A stretch of DNA of 64,000 nucleotides, taken from the NCBI GenBank assembly GCA_027315455.1, contig DAHUXZ010000006.1, positions 8,952-72,951 of the forward strand, in the 5' to 3' direction. Below are positions 1 through 9,098 of this stretch, one piece after another; the first letter of the stretch is position 1; the number at the start of each line of letters is the position of its first letter. This DNA comes from Thermoplasmata archaeon. Lineage in GTDB: Archaea; Thermoplasmatota; Thermoplasmata; Lutacidiplasmatales; UBA184. The notes under the pieces were generated by a model. That model was not told the DNA's origin. It searched no databases and saw only the letters and a program-made list of their open reading frames with translations. Made by a program: the position numbers and the translations under genes.

Positions 1-251
1 ACGGCCGCCTCGGTCGACTCGGCGAGGTCGACCCATCCCAAGTACGTGTTGAGCGCGGCCCGCAGTGCCCCGGTGTCCCGGGCCTCGATGTGGAGGGCGA
101 TCGAGCCGGACGCGGGACGGGAGATCGCCGAGCGGGCGCGCGGGACCTCGCGCGCGGCCTCGGGCACGAGGGCGGCGATGAGCCGGTCGGCCGACGCTCG
201 GGAGGGCCGTCGGACGGTGAGGACCGCCGTCCAGGCGACGGACGGGCTCAC
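1..251 (-). CDS. pcc1: KEOPS complex subunit Pcc1 (3' end runs off the window)
   Basis: Not in the ORF track. Hand translation from GTG at 251 gives MSPSVAWTAVLTVRR...IALHIEARDTGALRAALNTYLGWVDLA, with the typical Pcc1 C-terminal 'LRAALNTYLxW'. The start overlaps the purB stop (GTGA). Confidence 0.8.
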   Translation of the reverse strand, partial: MSPSVAWTAVLTVRRPSRASADRLIAALVPEAAREVPRARSAISRPASGSIALHIEARDTGALRAALNTYLGWVDLAESTEAA

Positions 252-1615
252 CGGGCGAGCTCCGATTCGAGGTGGGCGAGGACGCGGTCCGTCTTCTCCG
301 CCGCGGCCCGCACGTACCGGGCCGGGTCGAGGAGCTCGTCAATATCGGTCGGACCGAGCACGGCGAGAACCCGGGGGTCGGCCTTCGCGCGGGCGGCGAG
401 GCTCGCTCCCGGGCCCAGATCGCGCGAGAGGGCGCGGAGGATCTCGTGGGCATCGGCCCGCGCGAGGCCCCGGCCGGTCAGGGCGAGCATCAGGTTCTCG
501 GTCATCACCGCACCGCCGGCCTGACGGAGGTTCTCGCGCATCCGTTCCACGTCCACGTGGAGTCCGCGGAACACCTGGGCGAGCTTGCGCAGGATGTCGT
601 CGGTCAAGACGAGGGCGTGGGGGAGGACCACCCGCTCGTTCGCCGAGTTCGCGAGGTCGCGCTCGTGCCAGAGGACCATGTTCTCCAGGGGAGGGAGCGC
701 GAACGCCCGGATGAGCCGCGCGAGGCTCGTCACGTTCTCCGAGAGCATCGGGTTGCGCTTCTGGGCCATCGTCGAGGACCCGACCTGCTGGCGTTCGTCG
801 AACGCCTCGCTCACCTCGCCGATCTCGGAGCGCTGCAGATTGCGGACCTCCGTCGCGAGGCGCTCGGCCGTGCCCGCGATGAGCGCGAGCAGGTTGGTCA
901 GCTCGGCAATCCGGTCACGGCCGACGATCTGCGTGGGCGCCTCGTCGGCGGTCAGCCCGAGGCGGTGCATCGTCCCCGCCTCGACCTCCGCGGCCCGCTC
1001 CCCGAAGCCCGCCCCGGTCCCGACGGCCCCGGCCATCTTCCCGACGGCGATGCGCGGGCGGGCCTCGTCGAGCCGGCGGCGGTGCCGTAGGACCTCCGCG
1101 GCCCCGACCGCCATCTTGTAGCCGAAGCTCAACGGCACCGCGTACTGACCGTGCGTCCGCCCCACCTCGGCCGTATCCCGATGGGTCCGGGCCTGGAGGA
1201 TGAGGGCCGCGGCGAGGTCCGTGAGCCCCTCGCGCACCCCTTCGATCGCGTCGCGGAGCTCGAGGGCGAGCGCGGTGTCGCTGATGTCCGCGGACGTCGC
1301 GCCGAAGTGGACCCACCGGCCGGCCGGGCCGGCCTTCTCGGCGAGAGCGCGGGTGATGGCCATCACGTCGTGGCGAAGTCCGGCCTCGAGCTCATCGACC
1401 CGGGCGAGGGTGACGGAAGGGCCCTCGGCCGCGGCGCCGATCGCCCGGGCGGCTTCCGGGGGGATCAGGCCGAGCTCGGCCTGCGTCGCCGCGAGCGCCG
1501 CTTCGACCTTGAGCGCTCGTCTCAGCCGGGCCTCGCGGGAAAATAGCGCCCGGAACTCGGGCCGGCCGTAGCGGAACTCGAGCGGGCAGATCGCGTCGGC
1601 GGTGCCGGCGTGCAC
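248..1615 (-). CDS. purB: Adenylosuccinate lyase
   Basis: Motifs RHDVMA, HFGATSADI, GRTHGQ and the fumarase-superfamily signature GSSTMAQKRNP. Confidence 0.95.
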   Translation of the reverse strand: MHAGTADAICPLEFRYGRPEFRALFSREARLRRALKVEAALAATQAELGLIPPEAARAIGAAAEGPSVTLARVDELEAGLRHDVMAITRALAEKAGPAGRWVHFGATSADISDTALALELRDAIEGVREGLTDLAAALILQARTHRDTAEVGRTHGQYAVPLSFGYKMAVGAAEVLRHRRRLDEARPRIAVGKMAGAVGTGAGFGERAAEVEAGTMHRLGLTADEAPTQIVGRDRIAELTNLLALIAGTAERLATEVRNLQRSEIGEVSEAFDERQQVGSSTMAQKRNPMLSENVTSLARLIRAFALPPLENMVLWHERDLANSANERVVLPHALVLTDDILRKLAQVFRGLHVDVERMRENLRQAGGAVMTENLMLALTGRGLARADAHEILRALSRDLGPGASLAARAKADPRVLAVLGPTDIDELLDPARYVRAAAEKTDRVLAHLESELAR

Positions 1616-1734
1616 GTCCCGCGAGCCGGGGGTGGCTATATATGGCTACCCGCGCCCGGTGCGTGACGCGCCGGGCTCCGGCCCGACGGCGGTTTTAACC
1701 CGTCCCCGGTCCGCCCGGTGTAGGGAGGTCGCCT

Positions 1735-2691
1735 ACGGCGCGCACGCTCGTCGCTCTGGGGGGGAACGCGCTCCAGCGGGCCGGCCGGCCGGCGACCTGG
1801 GGAGAGACCGTCCGCCAAGTGCGCGCTACGGCGGCCGCCCTCGCGCCGCTTGCCGCGGAGGGTCACGCGCTCGTCCTGACCCACGGCAACGGCCCCCAGG
1901 TCGGGGGCCTCCTCCGCCAGAACGAGCTCGCCGAGCGGGAGGTCCCGCCCCGGCCGATGGATGTCCTCGGGGCGGAGACGGAAGGCCAGATCGGCTATCT
2001 CGTCCAGCAGGAGCTCGCGAACGCGCTCGCCCGCGCCCACGTTGCGCGGACCGTCGTGACCCTCATCACGCGCATCGAGGTCTCGCGGCGTGACCCCGCG
2101 TTCCGGCATCCGACGAAGCCCGTCGGGCGGTACTACTCCGAGGGTGAGGCGCGGATCCAACGCAAGCGGGAGGGCTGGCAGCTCGTCTACGACGGCGCCC
2201 GGGGGGGCTGGCGACGCGTCGTCCCGTCGCCGGAGCCCCGCCGTTGGCTCGAGGGGGAGCTCGTGCGGCAGCTCCTCGATCGCGGCGGCGGGGACTCGTG
2301 GATCCCGATCCTCGCGGGCGGGGGCGGCATCCCCGTCGTCGCGCGCGGTCGGGGGCAGTACGAGGGGGTCGAGGCCGTCATCGACAAGGACCTCACCGCG
2401 GCGCTCCTCGCCCGCGAACTTTCCGTGGAGACCCTCGCGATCGTCACCGACGTCCCGTCGGTCGCCGTGGGCTTCGGCCGGCCGTGGGAGCGATGGCTCG
2501 GTGAGGTCCGGGCCGCCGAGCTCGCCGACCATCTCGCGCGGGGAGAGTTCGGCGAGGGGAGCATGGCCCCCAAGGTGCGCGCCGGCCTACGGTTCCTGGC
2601 CGCCGGGGGACGGCGGGTCGTGATCACCGATGTCCCTTCGCTCGGACGCGCCCTCCGCGGCGAGGCCGGCACGCGGGTCGGACGCGACTAG
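1735..2691 (+). CDS. arcC: Carbamate kinase (possibly carbamoyl-phosphate-synthesising type); start proposed at ACG 1735
   Basis: Motifs THGNGPQVG, PTKPVG, RRVVPSP, EAVIDKD, GSMAPK. The in-frame N-terminal motif LVALGGNAL (from 1747) lies upstream of the ORF-track GTG at 1819. Confidence 0.92.
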   Translation, partial: TARTLVALGGNALQRAGRPATWGETVRQVRATAAALAPLAAEGHALVLTHGNGPQVGGLLRQNELAEREVPPRPMDVLGAETEGQIGYLVQQELANALARAHVARTVVTLITRIEVSRRDPAFRHPTKPVGRYYSEGEARIQRKREGWQLVYDGARGGWRRVVPSPEPRRWLEGELVRQLLDRGGGDSWIPILAGGGGIPVVARGRGQYEGVEAVIDKDLTAALLARELSVETLAIVTDVPSVAVGFGRPWERWLGEVRAAELADHLARGEFGEGSMAPKVRAGLRFLAAGGRRVVITDVPSLGRALRGEAGTRVGRD

Positions 2692-3450
2692 GTCGCGGCG
2701 CGGCCGGTGCACGGCCCGATGGACCCCGCTCCCGTACTGGAAGGCGCGCTTGGGGCGCTCGCAGATCGACCCCGGGAGACCCAGGTCCCGGGCGAGGCGG
2801 CGCAGGCCGGGTTTCGACACCGTCGGGGTGGGGAGCGGCGGGGGGTCGTCGCGGACCGCCGCGAGGACGGCCGCATCGAGGAACGGAGCGCGCAGCTCTC
2901 GCCCCAGACGGGCGGCGATGCGATCGGCGCGCGGCCCGTCCTCCCGTTCGACGCGCAGGAGATCGGCCGACGCGCTCTGCCGCACGACGCCCGGGACCAT
3001 GGTGCGGTAGCGGGCGTAGCCGTAGAACAGCTCGTCGGCGCCTTGCCCCCACAGGACCCGCCGGTCCGGCGCCTGGCCGACCAGGACCGCGGTGCCGAGG
3101 GCGACGCTGTAGTAGGGCTCGCGCAGGCCACCGAGCTCGTCCGCGAATATCGCCGCGACGTCCCGTACCTGCTCCTCCGTCACCAGCGCCTCGGTCAGGG
3201 GCAGGCCGAGCCCTTGCGCCCCGGCGCGCGCGGCCGCACGATCGCGGGCCCCCTCGGTCCCGACCACGAGCAGGGTCACCGCGGCGAAGCGGCGGGCGAG
3301 GTGCGCGATGATCGAGGAGTCGACGCCCCCCGAGTACAGTACGGTGAGGCGGTCCACCCCGCCGGCCGCGGCCTGGACGGCGCGAAGGAGCGCCCCGGCC
3401 AGCCGCGGGCCGCTCTTCCCCCCGTCGGGGCCCACCCCCCCGGGTTCCAT
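2587..3450 (-). CDS. Asparagine synthase C-terminal-domain protein (PP-loop ATPase, no glutaminase domain)
   Basis: YSGGVDSS, GQGADELFYGY, LRAPFLD, RPKRAFQYGSG. ATG at 3450 chosen as start. Confidence 0.85.
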   Translation of the reverse strand: MEPGGVGPDGGKSGPRLAGALLRAVQAAAGGVDRLTVLYSGGVDSSIIAHLARRFAAVTLLVVGTEGARDRAAARAGAQGLGLPLTEALVTEEQVRDVAAIFADELGGLREPYYSVALGTAVLVGQAPDRRVLWGQGADELFYGYARYRTMVPGVVRQSASADLLRVEREDGPRADRIAARLGRELRAPFLDAAVLAAVRDDPPPLPTPTVSKPGLRRLARDLGLPGSICERPKRAFQYGSGVHRAVHRPRRDLVASDPRAGLAAEGASERRDIGDHDPPSPGGQEP

Positions 3451-3512
3451 GACGGGAGGCCCGAGGGGGTCCACGGTCAATGACTTATCTGCGACGCCGG
3501 TGCCCGGCCGCC

Positions 3513-4112
3513 GTGGTCGACGCATCGCAGGTCGAACGTTCGCGGCCCCGCCCGGGGCCCGCCCGCCGCCGTGCCGTGTTCGTCGATCGCGACGGAACGC
3601 TCAACCCCGACCTCCACTACCTGGCCGACGCCGCCCGGCTCGAGGTCTACGCCGGCGTAGCCGAGGGGATCCGGCTGCTGCGCGCCCACGGCTATCTCAT
3701 CGTCTGCGTCACGAACCAGTCCGGGATCGAGCGCGGGTTCTACACCGAGGAGGAGGTCGGGCGGATCCATGCCCGCCTCAACGAGATCCTCGGACGCGAC
3801 GGGGCGCGGGTCGACGCGTTCTACTTCTGCCCTCACGCGCCCGAGGCCGGCTGCGACTGCCGCAAGCCGGGCATCGCGCTGTTCGAGCGGGCGCAGCGCG
3901 ACCTCGGGCTCTACCTGCCGGCCAGCGCCATCGTGGGCGACCGGTCGCTGGACATCGAGGCCGGAAGCCGCCTCGGCCTCTTCACCGCCCTCGTCCCGTC
4001 GCGCGGCCACGAGCGCGAGATCGCCCGCGAGCTTGAGGACCGCCACCTGGCCGCCGACGTGGTCGCGCCGTCGTTCCGGGCCGCGGCGCACCGCCTCCTC
4101 GCCCACGGCTGA
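3513..4112 (+). CDS. HAD-IIIA phosphatase, GmhB/histidinol-phosphatase family
   Basis: FVDRDGTLN, VTNQSGI, CPH...CDCRKP, VGDR..DIEAG. GTG at 3513 is the likely start. Confidence 0.88.
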   Translation: MVDASQVERSRPRPGPARRRAVFVDRDGTLNPDLHYLADAARLEVYAGVAEGIRLLRAHGYLIVCVTNQSGIERGFYTEEEVGRIHARLNEILGRDGARVDAFYFCPHAPEAGCDCRKPGIALFERAQRDLGLYLPASAIVGDRSLDIEAGSRLGLFTALVPSRGHEREIARELEDRHLAADVVAPSFRAAAHRLLAHG

Positions 4113-4164
4113 CCCTTTCGCAAAGCTTCTATGCGGAGGTCCTCCTCGGTCGCGGGGCCTGTGC

Positions 4165-4926
4165 GTGGTTCTTCCACTCCTTGAGGCCGCCGTGGGCATC
4201 GCGCTCACGGCCGGCCTCGCCATCGCGGCGGTCGCGGCGCGTGCCCTCACCCCGGCCGCGGCCACGGCGGCCGCGGTCTTCGGCTCGGTGATCGTCGTCC
4301 TCGCCGGCTTTCCCTACCTGCTCCTGCTCGTCCTGTTCGTGGTCGCGAGCGTCCTCGCGACGCGCTACGCGTTTGAGGAGAAGCAGCGACGCAACGTCCA
4401 GGAAGGGGTGCACGGCGAGCGGGGGATCTCGAACGTGCTCGCCCACGTCCTCCTCCCGACGGCCCTCGTCCTCATCGCGACCGTCGGCCCGCACGCGCTT
4501 CCCGACGTGTCGCTCTACGTCCTCTTCGCCGCCGCCCTCGCCTTCGGCACCGCCGACACGTTCGCGAGCGAGTTCGGCGTCCTCGCCGGGCGCGCCCGGA
4601 GCATCCTCACGATGCGGCCCGTTCCGGCCGGGACGAACGGGGGGGTCTCCGGGATCGGGCAGCTCTGGGCGCTCGCGGGCGCGCTCGCGACGGGGGTCGC
4701 GGCGGCCGCGCTCGCCCTCGCGTTCGCCGCCCCGCTGCCGCGCCCCGGCCTCCTCGTGTTCGGTGCGACGGCCGCGGGGTTCCTCGCCTGCCAGGTCGAC
4801 AGCATCCTCGGCGAAGCGCTCGAGAACCGGGGCCTCCTGACGAAGGGAACGACGAACCTCGCCGGGATGCTCTCGGCGATCCTGATCGCCCTCGCGTTCC
4901 TCGCCGTCGCGGGGTCCCCGCTGTGA
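4165..4926 (+). CDS. DUF92 (TMEM19/VTE6-like) integral membrane protein
   Basis: Multiple TM helices; R..SNVLA, ADTFASEFG, GTNGGVS, DSILGE motifs. Confidence 0.85.
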   Translation: MVLPLLEAAVGIALTAGLAIAAVAARALTPAAATAAAVFGSVIVVLAGFPYLLLLVLFVVASVLATRYAFEEKQRRNVQEGVHGERGISNVLAHVLLPTALVLIATVGPHALPDVSLYVLFAAALAFGTADTFASEFGVLAGRARSILTMRPVPAGTNGGVSGIGQLWALAGALATGVAAAALALAFAAPLPRPGLLVFGATAAGFLACQVDSILGEALENRGLLTKGTTNLAGMLSAILIALAFLAVAGSPL

Positions 4927-5648
4927 GCGCGGCATCGCGGCCGACGGGGAGCGTCGTCCTCCTGTCGGGGGGGATGGACAGCGCGACCTGCCTCGCCCTC
5001 GCCGCGCGCGACGATCCGCCCGTGCACGCCCTCACGATCCTCTACGGCCAGCGCCACGCGCGGGAGGTCGCGGCGGCCCGCGCCCTGGCGGCCCGCTACC
5101 GTGTCGCGAGCCATACCGTGCTTCGGCTGCCGCTCGGCAGCCTCCTTGCCTCGTCGCTGACCGACCGCCGTCGCCCGATCCCGCGCGGCCGATCCCGGCC
5201 CCGCGGGGCCATTCCCTCGACCTACGTCCCGGCGCGGAACACCGTGCTCCTGGCGATCGCCCTCGGGCTCGCCGAGAGCCGGCGCGCCGGGGCGATCTAC
5301 CTCGGGGTCAACGCCGTCGACTACTCCGGCTACCCCGACTGTCGACCGGAGTTCCTGCGCGCGTTCACCCGGCTGGCGCGGCTCGCGACCCGGGCGGGGG
5401 TCGAGGGGCCGGGCGCGCCGCGGATCGTCGCGCCGCTGCTGCGGTGGAGCAAGGCCGAGATCGTCCGGCGGGGCGAGCGCTTGGGCGTCCCATGGGCGCT
5501 CACCTGGAGCTGCTACGTGGGTGGTCGACGGCCCTGCGGCCGGTGCGACAGCTGCCGCCTGCGCGCGAAGGGGTTCGCCGAGGCCGGGGTGGCCGACCCG
5601 ACCCTCGGCGCCGGTCGACGCCGCCCGGCGTCGCGCCCTACGCGGTGA
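4923..5648 (+). CDS. queC: 7-cyano-7-deazaguanine synthase
   Basis: LLSGGMDS, YGQRH, TYVPARN, YSGYPDCR, TWSCY...CGRCDSC. Confidence 0.95.
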   Translation: MSAASRPTGSVVLLSGGMDSATCLALAARDDPPVHALTILYGQRHAREVAAARALAARYRVASHTVLRLPLGSLLASSLTDRRRPIPRGRSRPRGAIPSTYVPARNTVLLAIALGLAESRRAGAIYLGVNAVDYSGYPDCRPEFLRAFTRLARLATRAGVEGPGAPRIVAPLLRWSKAEIVRRGERLGVPWALTWSCYVGGRRPCGRCDSCRLRAKGFAEAGVADPTLGAGRRRPASRPTR

Positions 5649-6042
5649 GCTGCGACGTGCAGTTCGGGCAGCGCGTCGCCTTGAGGGAGATCTGCGTAAT
5701 GCAGTACGGGCACTCCTTCGTCGCCGCCGCGGCCGGCGGGGGCGCGTTGCGGCTCTTGAACTTCTGATACGGCCGGACGATCAGGAAGAACATCACCAGC
5801 GCGATCGTGACGAAGCCGATGATCGCGTTGATGAACGCACCGTAGAGGATCGGGCTGCCGTTGATGGCGACCGAGAAGCTCGAGAAGTCGGCCTTCCCGG
5901 GAATCCCGATCAGGCCGTTGATCACGTCGTTGACCAGCGCGGTGATGACCGCCTGGAACGCGAGGCCGATCACCACGGCGACCGCGAGTTCGATCACGTT
6001 GCCCTTCAGGGTGAAGTTCTTGAAGTCCTCCCAGATACCCAT
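5638..6042 (-). CDS. mscL: Large-conductance mechanosensitive channel with C-terminal zinc ribbon
   Basis: FKNFTLKGNVIELAVAVVIG, YGAFINA; C-terminal CPYC...CPNC. Confidence 0.92.
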   Translation of the reverse strand: MGIWEDFKNFTLKGNVIELAVAVVIGLAFQAVITALVNDVINGLIGIPGKADFSSFSVAINGSPILYGAFINAIIGFVTIALVMFFLIVRPYQKFKSRNAPPPAAAATKECPYCITQISLKATRCPNCTSQLTA

Positions 6043-6109
6043 GTTCCTCCCCCTCCGGGGGGCGAATGGCGACCGGTCCGGCCCCTCTTAAACTATCGGT
6101 CAGACCCGG

Positions 6110-7918
6110 CTACATCCGCTCGAGGGGGGAGAGGCCAAGCAGGTCGAGGGCGTTGCCGAGGCCCTGGCGGGCCGCGGCGACGAGGGCGAGTCGGCTCGCG
6201 CGCTCCTCCCCGGCCTTGATCACGGGCGTGCTCTCGTAGAAGCGGTTGAACTCCTCGGCGAGCTGATGGGCGAAACCGGCGAGAGCGTGCACGTGCGTCG
6301 TCCGTGCCACGCGCGCGACGACCCCCGGCAGGAGCGAGAGCCGCTTGATGAGGGCGCGCTCGGGCGGCGTCGCGAGGCGGTCCACATCGAACGGCCACGG
6401 CCCGGCGTCGCCGTCGGCCTTGCGCAGGATGCTCGAGGCCCGGGCGTACGAGTACTGGAGGAAGGGGCCGCTGCGTCCCTCGAAGCTCAGGGCGTCCTCC
6501 CACCGGAAGGCGACGGTCTTGTCCGGCGCGACACGGAGGATGTGGTAACGGACCGCCGACGCGGCGATCGTCCGGGCGACCTGCGCGACCTCGTCGGGCG
6601 CCATGTCCTCCCGCCGCGCGAGGATCTCGGCCCGGGCGCGGATCTCCGCCTCGTCGAGGAGGTCGTCCAGGTAGACGGCCTTCCCGTGGCGCGTGCTCAT
6701 CCGGCCTCCCCCGCTGTCGGGGACGGTGATGTCCTGGTAGATCACGAACTCCGGGCGCCGCGTCTCACCGATCTCGGTGAGGAGCGCCTCGAGGGTCCGC
6801 GCGTGCAGATGGTGGTCCTGGCCGAGGACGTCGATCACCCGCGGGAACCGACCGAACTTCTCCAGGTGGTAGGCGACGTCGCGCGTCGCGTAGAGGGTCG
6901 TCCCGTCGGCCCGCGCGACGATGACGCGCGCGCTCTCCTTGGGGAGACCGTAGTCGCCCGCGTCGATGGCGGCGGCGCCGTTCGGCTCCGTGACGGCGTG
7001 GGGGGCGGCCGCCAGCCGCTCGACCACGCGGTCGACCTCGCCGGAGGAAAGGAACCGGGACTCCCAGACGAGCTCGTCGAAGCGTATGCCGACCCGGGCG
7101 AGCGACGCGAGCATGCCCTCGAGGACCTTCGTGACGAGCTCGTGGTGGCGCGCCGGGGGGTGACCGGACTCGAGCGCCCGGGAGAGGGCCTGCACCTCGG
7201 CCGCGGCCTCGGGGTGGGTCTTGAGGTACTGGCTCACGGCCGGGTACGGCCGGCCGAGGCGGCGGTCGGCGCGCTCGTCCGGGTCGTCGACCGCCGGCAG
7301 GACCGCCCGGATCTCCTCGGGCCACTCGGCGACCGGCTTCGACCAGATCCACGTGACCATCGCGGCCTGGCGTCCGACGTCGTCGACATAGTACTGGGAG
7401 GTGACGGGAGCTCCGGTCGCCCGGAGGACCCGCGTGAGCGTGTCGCCGATGATCCCGTTGCGGACCCGCCCGACGTGGAACGGTCCGGTGGGGTTGGCGC
7501 TCGTGTGCTCCACGCAGACCCGCGCCCCCGCGAGGTCGAGGTGACCGTACCTCGGTCCGCGCTCGAAGATCGACCGCAGCGTGGTCGCCGCGAGGTCCCG
7601 CGGCTCGGCCGCGACGTTGAGGAACGCCCCGACCGGCCGCGGGGGGGAGAGTCCGGCAAGCGCCGGCATCGCTCCGGCGATCTCGCGGGCCAGCTCGGAC
7701 GGATCGCGGCCGACCGCCTTCGCGGCCCGATGCAGCGGGAACGCCAGATCGCCGTGCTCGCTCCCGGACCAGTCGAGCTGGAGCGCGACCTGTTCGGGAG
7801 TCGCGGAGACGCCCCGCGCGGCGAGCGCATCGGCGAGCGCACGGACCAGGTCGCCCTCGAGGGCGGCCCACGGGTCGGCCGGCGACTGTCCGGAACCGTC
7901 CGCGCCGCGCGTCGCCAT
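6110..7918 (-). CDS. argS: Arginine--tRNA ligase
   Basis: EHTSANPTGPFHVGRVRN (HIGH), MSTRHG, GPFLQYSYARASSI, C-terminal ERM. Confidence 0.95.
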   Translation of the reverse strand: MATRGADGSGQSPADPWAALEGDLVRALADALAARGVSATPEQVALQLDWSGSEHGDLAFPLHRAAKAVGRDPSELAREIAGAMPALAGLSPPRPVGAFLNVAAEPRDLAATTLRSIFERGPRYGHLDLAGARVCVEHTSANPTGPFHVGRVRNGIIGDTLTRVLRATGAPVTSQYYVDDVGRQAAMVTWIWSKPVAEWPEEIRAVLPAVDDPDERADRRLGRPYPAVSQYLKTHPEAAAEVQALSRALESGHPPARHHELVTKVLEGMLASLARVGIRFDELVWESRFLSSGEVDRVVERLAAAPHAVTEPNGAAAIDAGDYGLPKESARVIVARADGTTLYATRDVAYHLEKFGRFPRVIDVLGQDHHLHARTLEALLTEIGETRRPEFVIYQDITVPDSGGGRMSTRHGKAVYLDDLLDEAEIRARAEILARREDMAPDEVAQVARTIAASAVRYHILRVAPDKTVAFRWEDALSFEGRSGPFLQYSYARASSILRKADGDAGPWPFDVDRLATPPERALIKRLSLLPGVVARVARTTHVHALAGFAHQLAEEFNRFYESTPVIKAGEERASRLALVAAARQGLGNALDLLGLSPLERM

Positions 7919-7971
7919 CCTCCTCGGGAGCAATCCTAAAGCGGGCCGTCTTTCATAACGGTTCTCCCGGC

Positions 7972-8868
7972 ATGGCGGTCATTCTCGTTCGCTACGGCGA
8001 GCTCGCGCTCAAGTCCCCTCCCGTACGACGGGAGTTCGAGCGCGCCCTCTCCCGCAACATCCTCGAGCAGTTCGTTGCGGCGGGGACGAGCTGCCGGTTG
8101 CGATCCGATCGGGGCCATCTGTACGTCGAAGCGGAGGACGGCCGCGCGGCGATGCGCCTGCTGCGGCGGGTCTTCGGGGTCACCTCGGTCAGCGAGGTCC
8201 GCGAGGTGGCGACGGAGCGCGCGGCGATCCGAGCGGCGCTCTTCGAGATCGCGGATACGGTCCTCGTGCCCGGCGCGCGGTTCGCCGTCCGCGCACGTCG
8301 GACCGGTCAGCATCCGTTCACGAGCCAGGAGCTCGCCCGGGACCTGGGGGGCGACCTCCTCGAGCGCTACGCCGACCGCGGGCTCCGCGTCGACCTCACG
8401 CACCCCGAGGTCGAGCTGACGGTCGAGGTCCGCGACCAGCGCACCTATCTTTCCACGGGGCGGGAGCGCGGGCCGGGCGGTCTTCCGCTGGGGGTCGCGG
8501 GGCGAGTCGTCGCTCTCGTGGACGGCCCGCGCGGCGCCCTCGGAGCGTTCCTCATGATGAAGCGCGGGTGCCGATGCGCCTGCGTGATCTCCCCCGCCGG
8601 CGCCCCCGCGGCGGAGGAGGTGCTCTCCCGCCTCGACCCCAAGGGGACCCGGCGGGTCGCCGGGCCGGACCCGCAGGCCCTCGAGGCCGGCGTCCGGGAA
8701 GCGGCGGAAATGGGCCATGTCGACGGGATCGTGCTCCCGCTCCGGGTGGAAGACTACCCCGAGGCGCGCGCGCGGTGGGGCGACCGGGTCGTCTTCTCCC
8801 CAACGGTCGGGCTCAGCGACGAGGAGGTGGAGGACCGCTGGCGCGGAATCGAGGAGCTCGTAGCGTAG
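7972..8868 (+). CDS. THUMP-domain ThiI-like protein with degenerate PP-loop
   Basis: ILVRYGELALKS N-terminus, THUMP domain, GPGGLPLG, LMMKRG. SGGxDS is replaced by DGPRGA and the C-terminus is short. Confidence 0.8.
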   Translation: MAVILVRYGELALKSPPVRREFERALSRNILEQFVAAGTSCRLRSDRGHLYVEAEDGRAAMRLLRRVFGVTSVSEVREVATERAAIRAALFEIADTVLVPGARFAVRARRTGQHPFTSQELARDLGGDLLERYADRGLRVDLTHPEVELTVEVRDQRTYLSTGRERGPGGLPLGVAGRVVALVDGPRGALGAFLMMKRGCRCACVISPAGAPAAEEVLSRLDPKGTRRVAGPDPQALEAGVREAAEMGHVDGIVLPLRVEDYPEARARWGDRVVFSPTVGLSDEEVEDRWRGIEELVA

Positions 8869-8876
8869 GGCCGGCG

Positions 8877-9077
8877 GTGCGCCCCTTCGTGCTCGACGAC
8901 GCGACACCGGCACCGCGGCCGACCGCGCCGTCCCCGGTGTCCGACCCTGCCGCCACCGAGTCGCCACGGGCCCGGCTCGACGAGCGGGTCCGCCGCTGGC
9001 TTGAGGAGCGCGAGCGCTACGAGCAGCGGCAGGCCGCGGCCGACTCCGCCGACCCCGCCGGACCGACCTCCAAATAG
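8877..9077 (+). CDS. Small hypothetical protein
   Basis: Fills the gap between same-strand genes; charged helix RLDERVRRWLEERERYEQRQ. Confidence 0.4.
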   Translation: MRPFVLDDATPAPRPTAPSPVSDPAATESPRARLDERVRRWLEERERYEQRQAAADSADPAGPTSK

Positions 9078-9098
9078 GCGGACGGGTTCCCGTCCGAG

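Noticed and set aside
1718-1723. GTG-TAG upstream of carbamate kinase as amber (pyrrolysine) readthrough
   Set aside because: That GTG is out of frame with the kinase, and no pyl genes are in the window.
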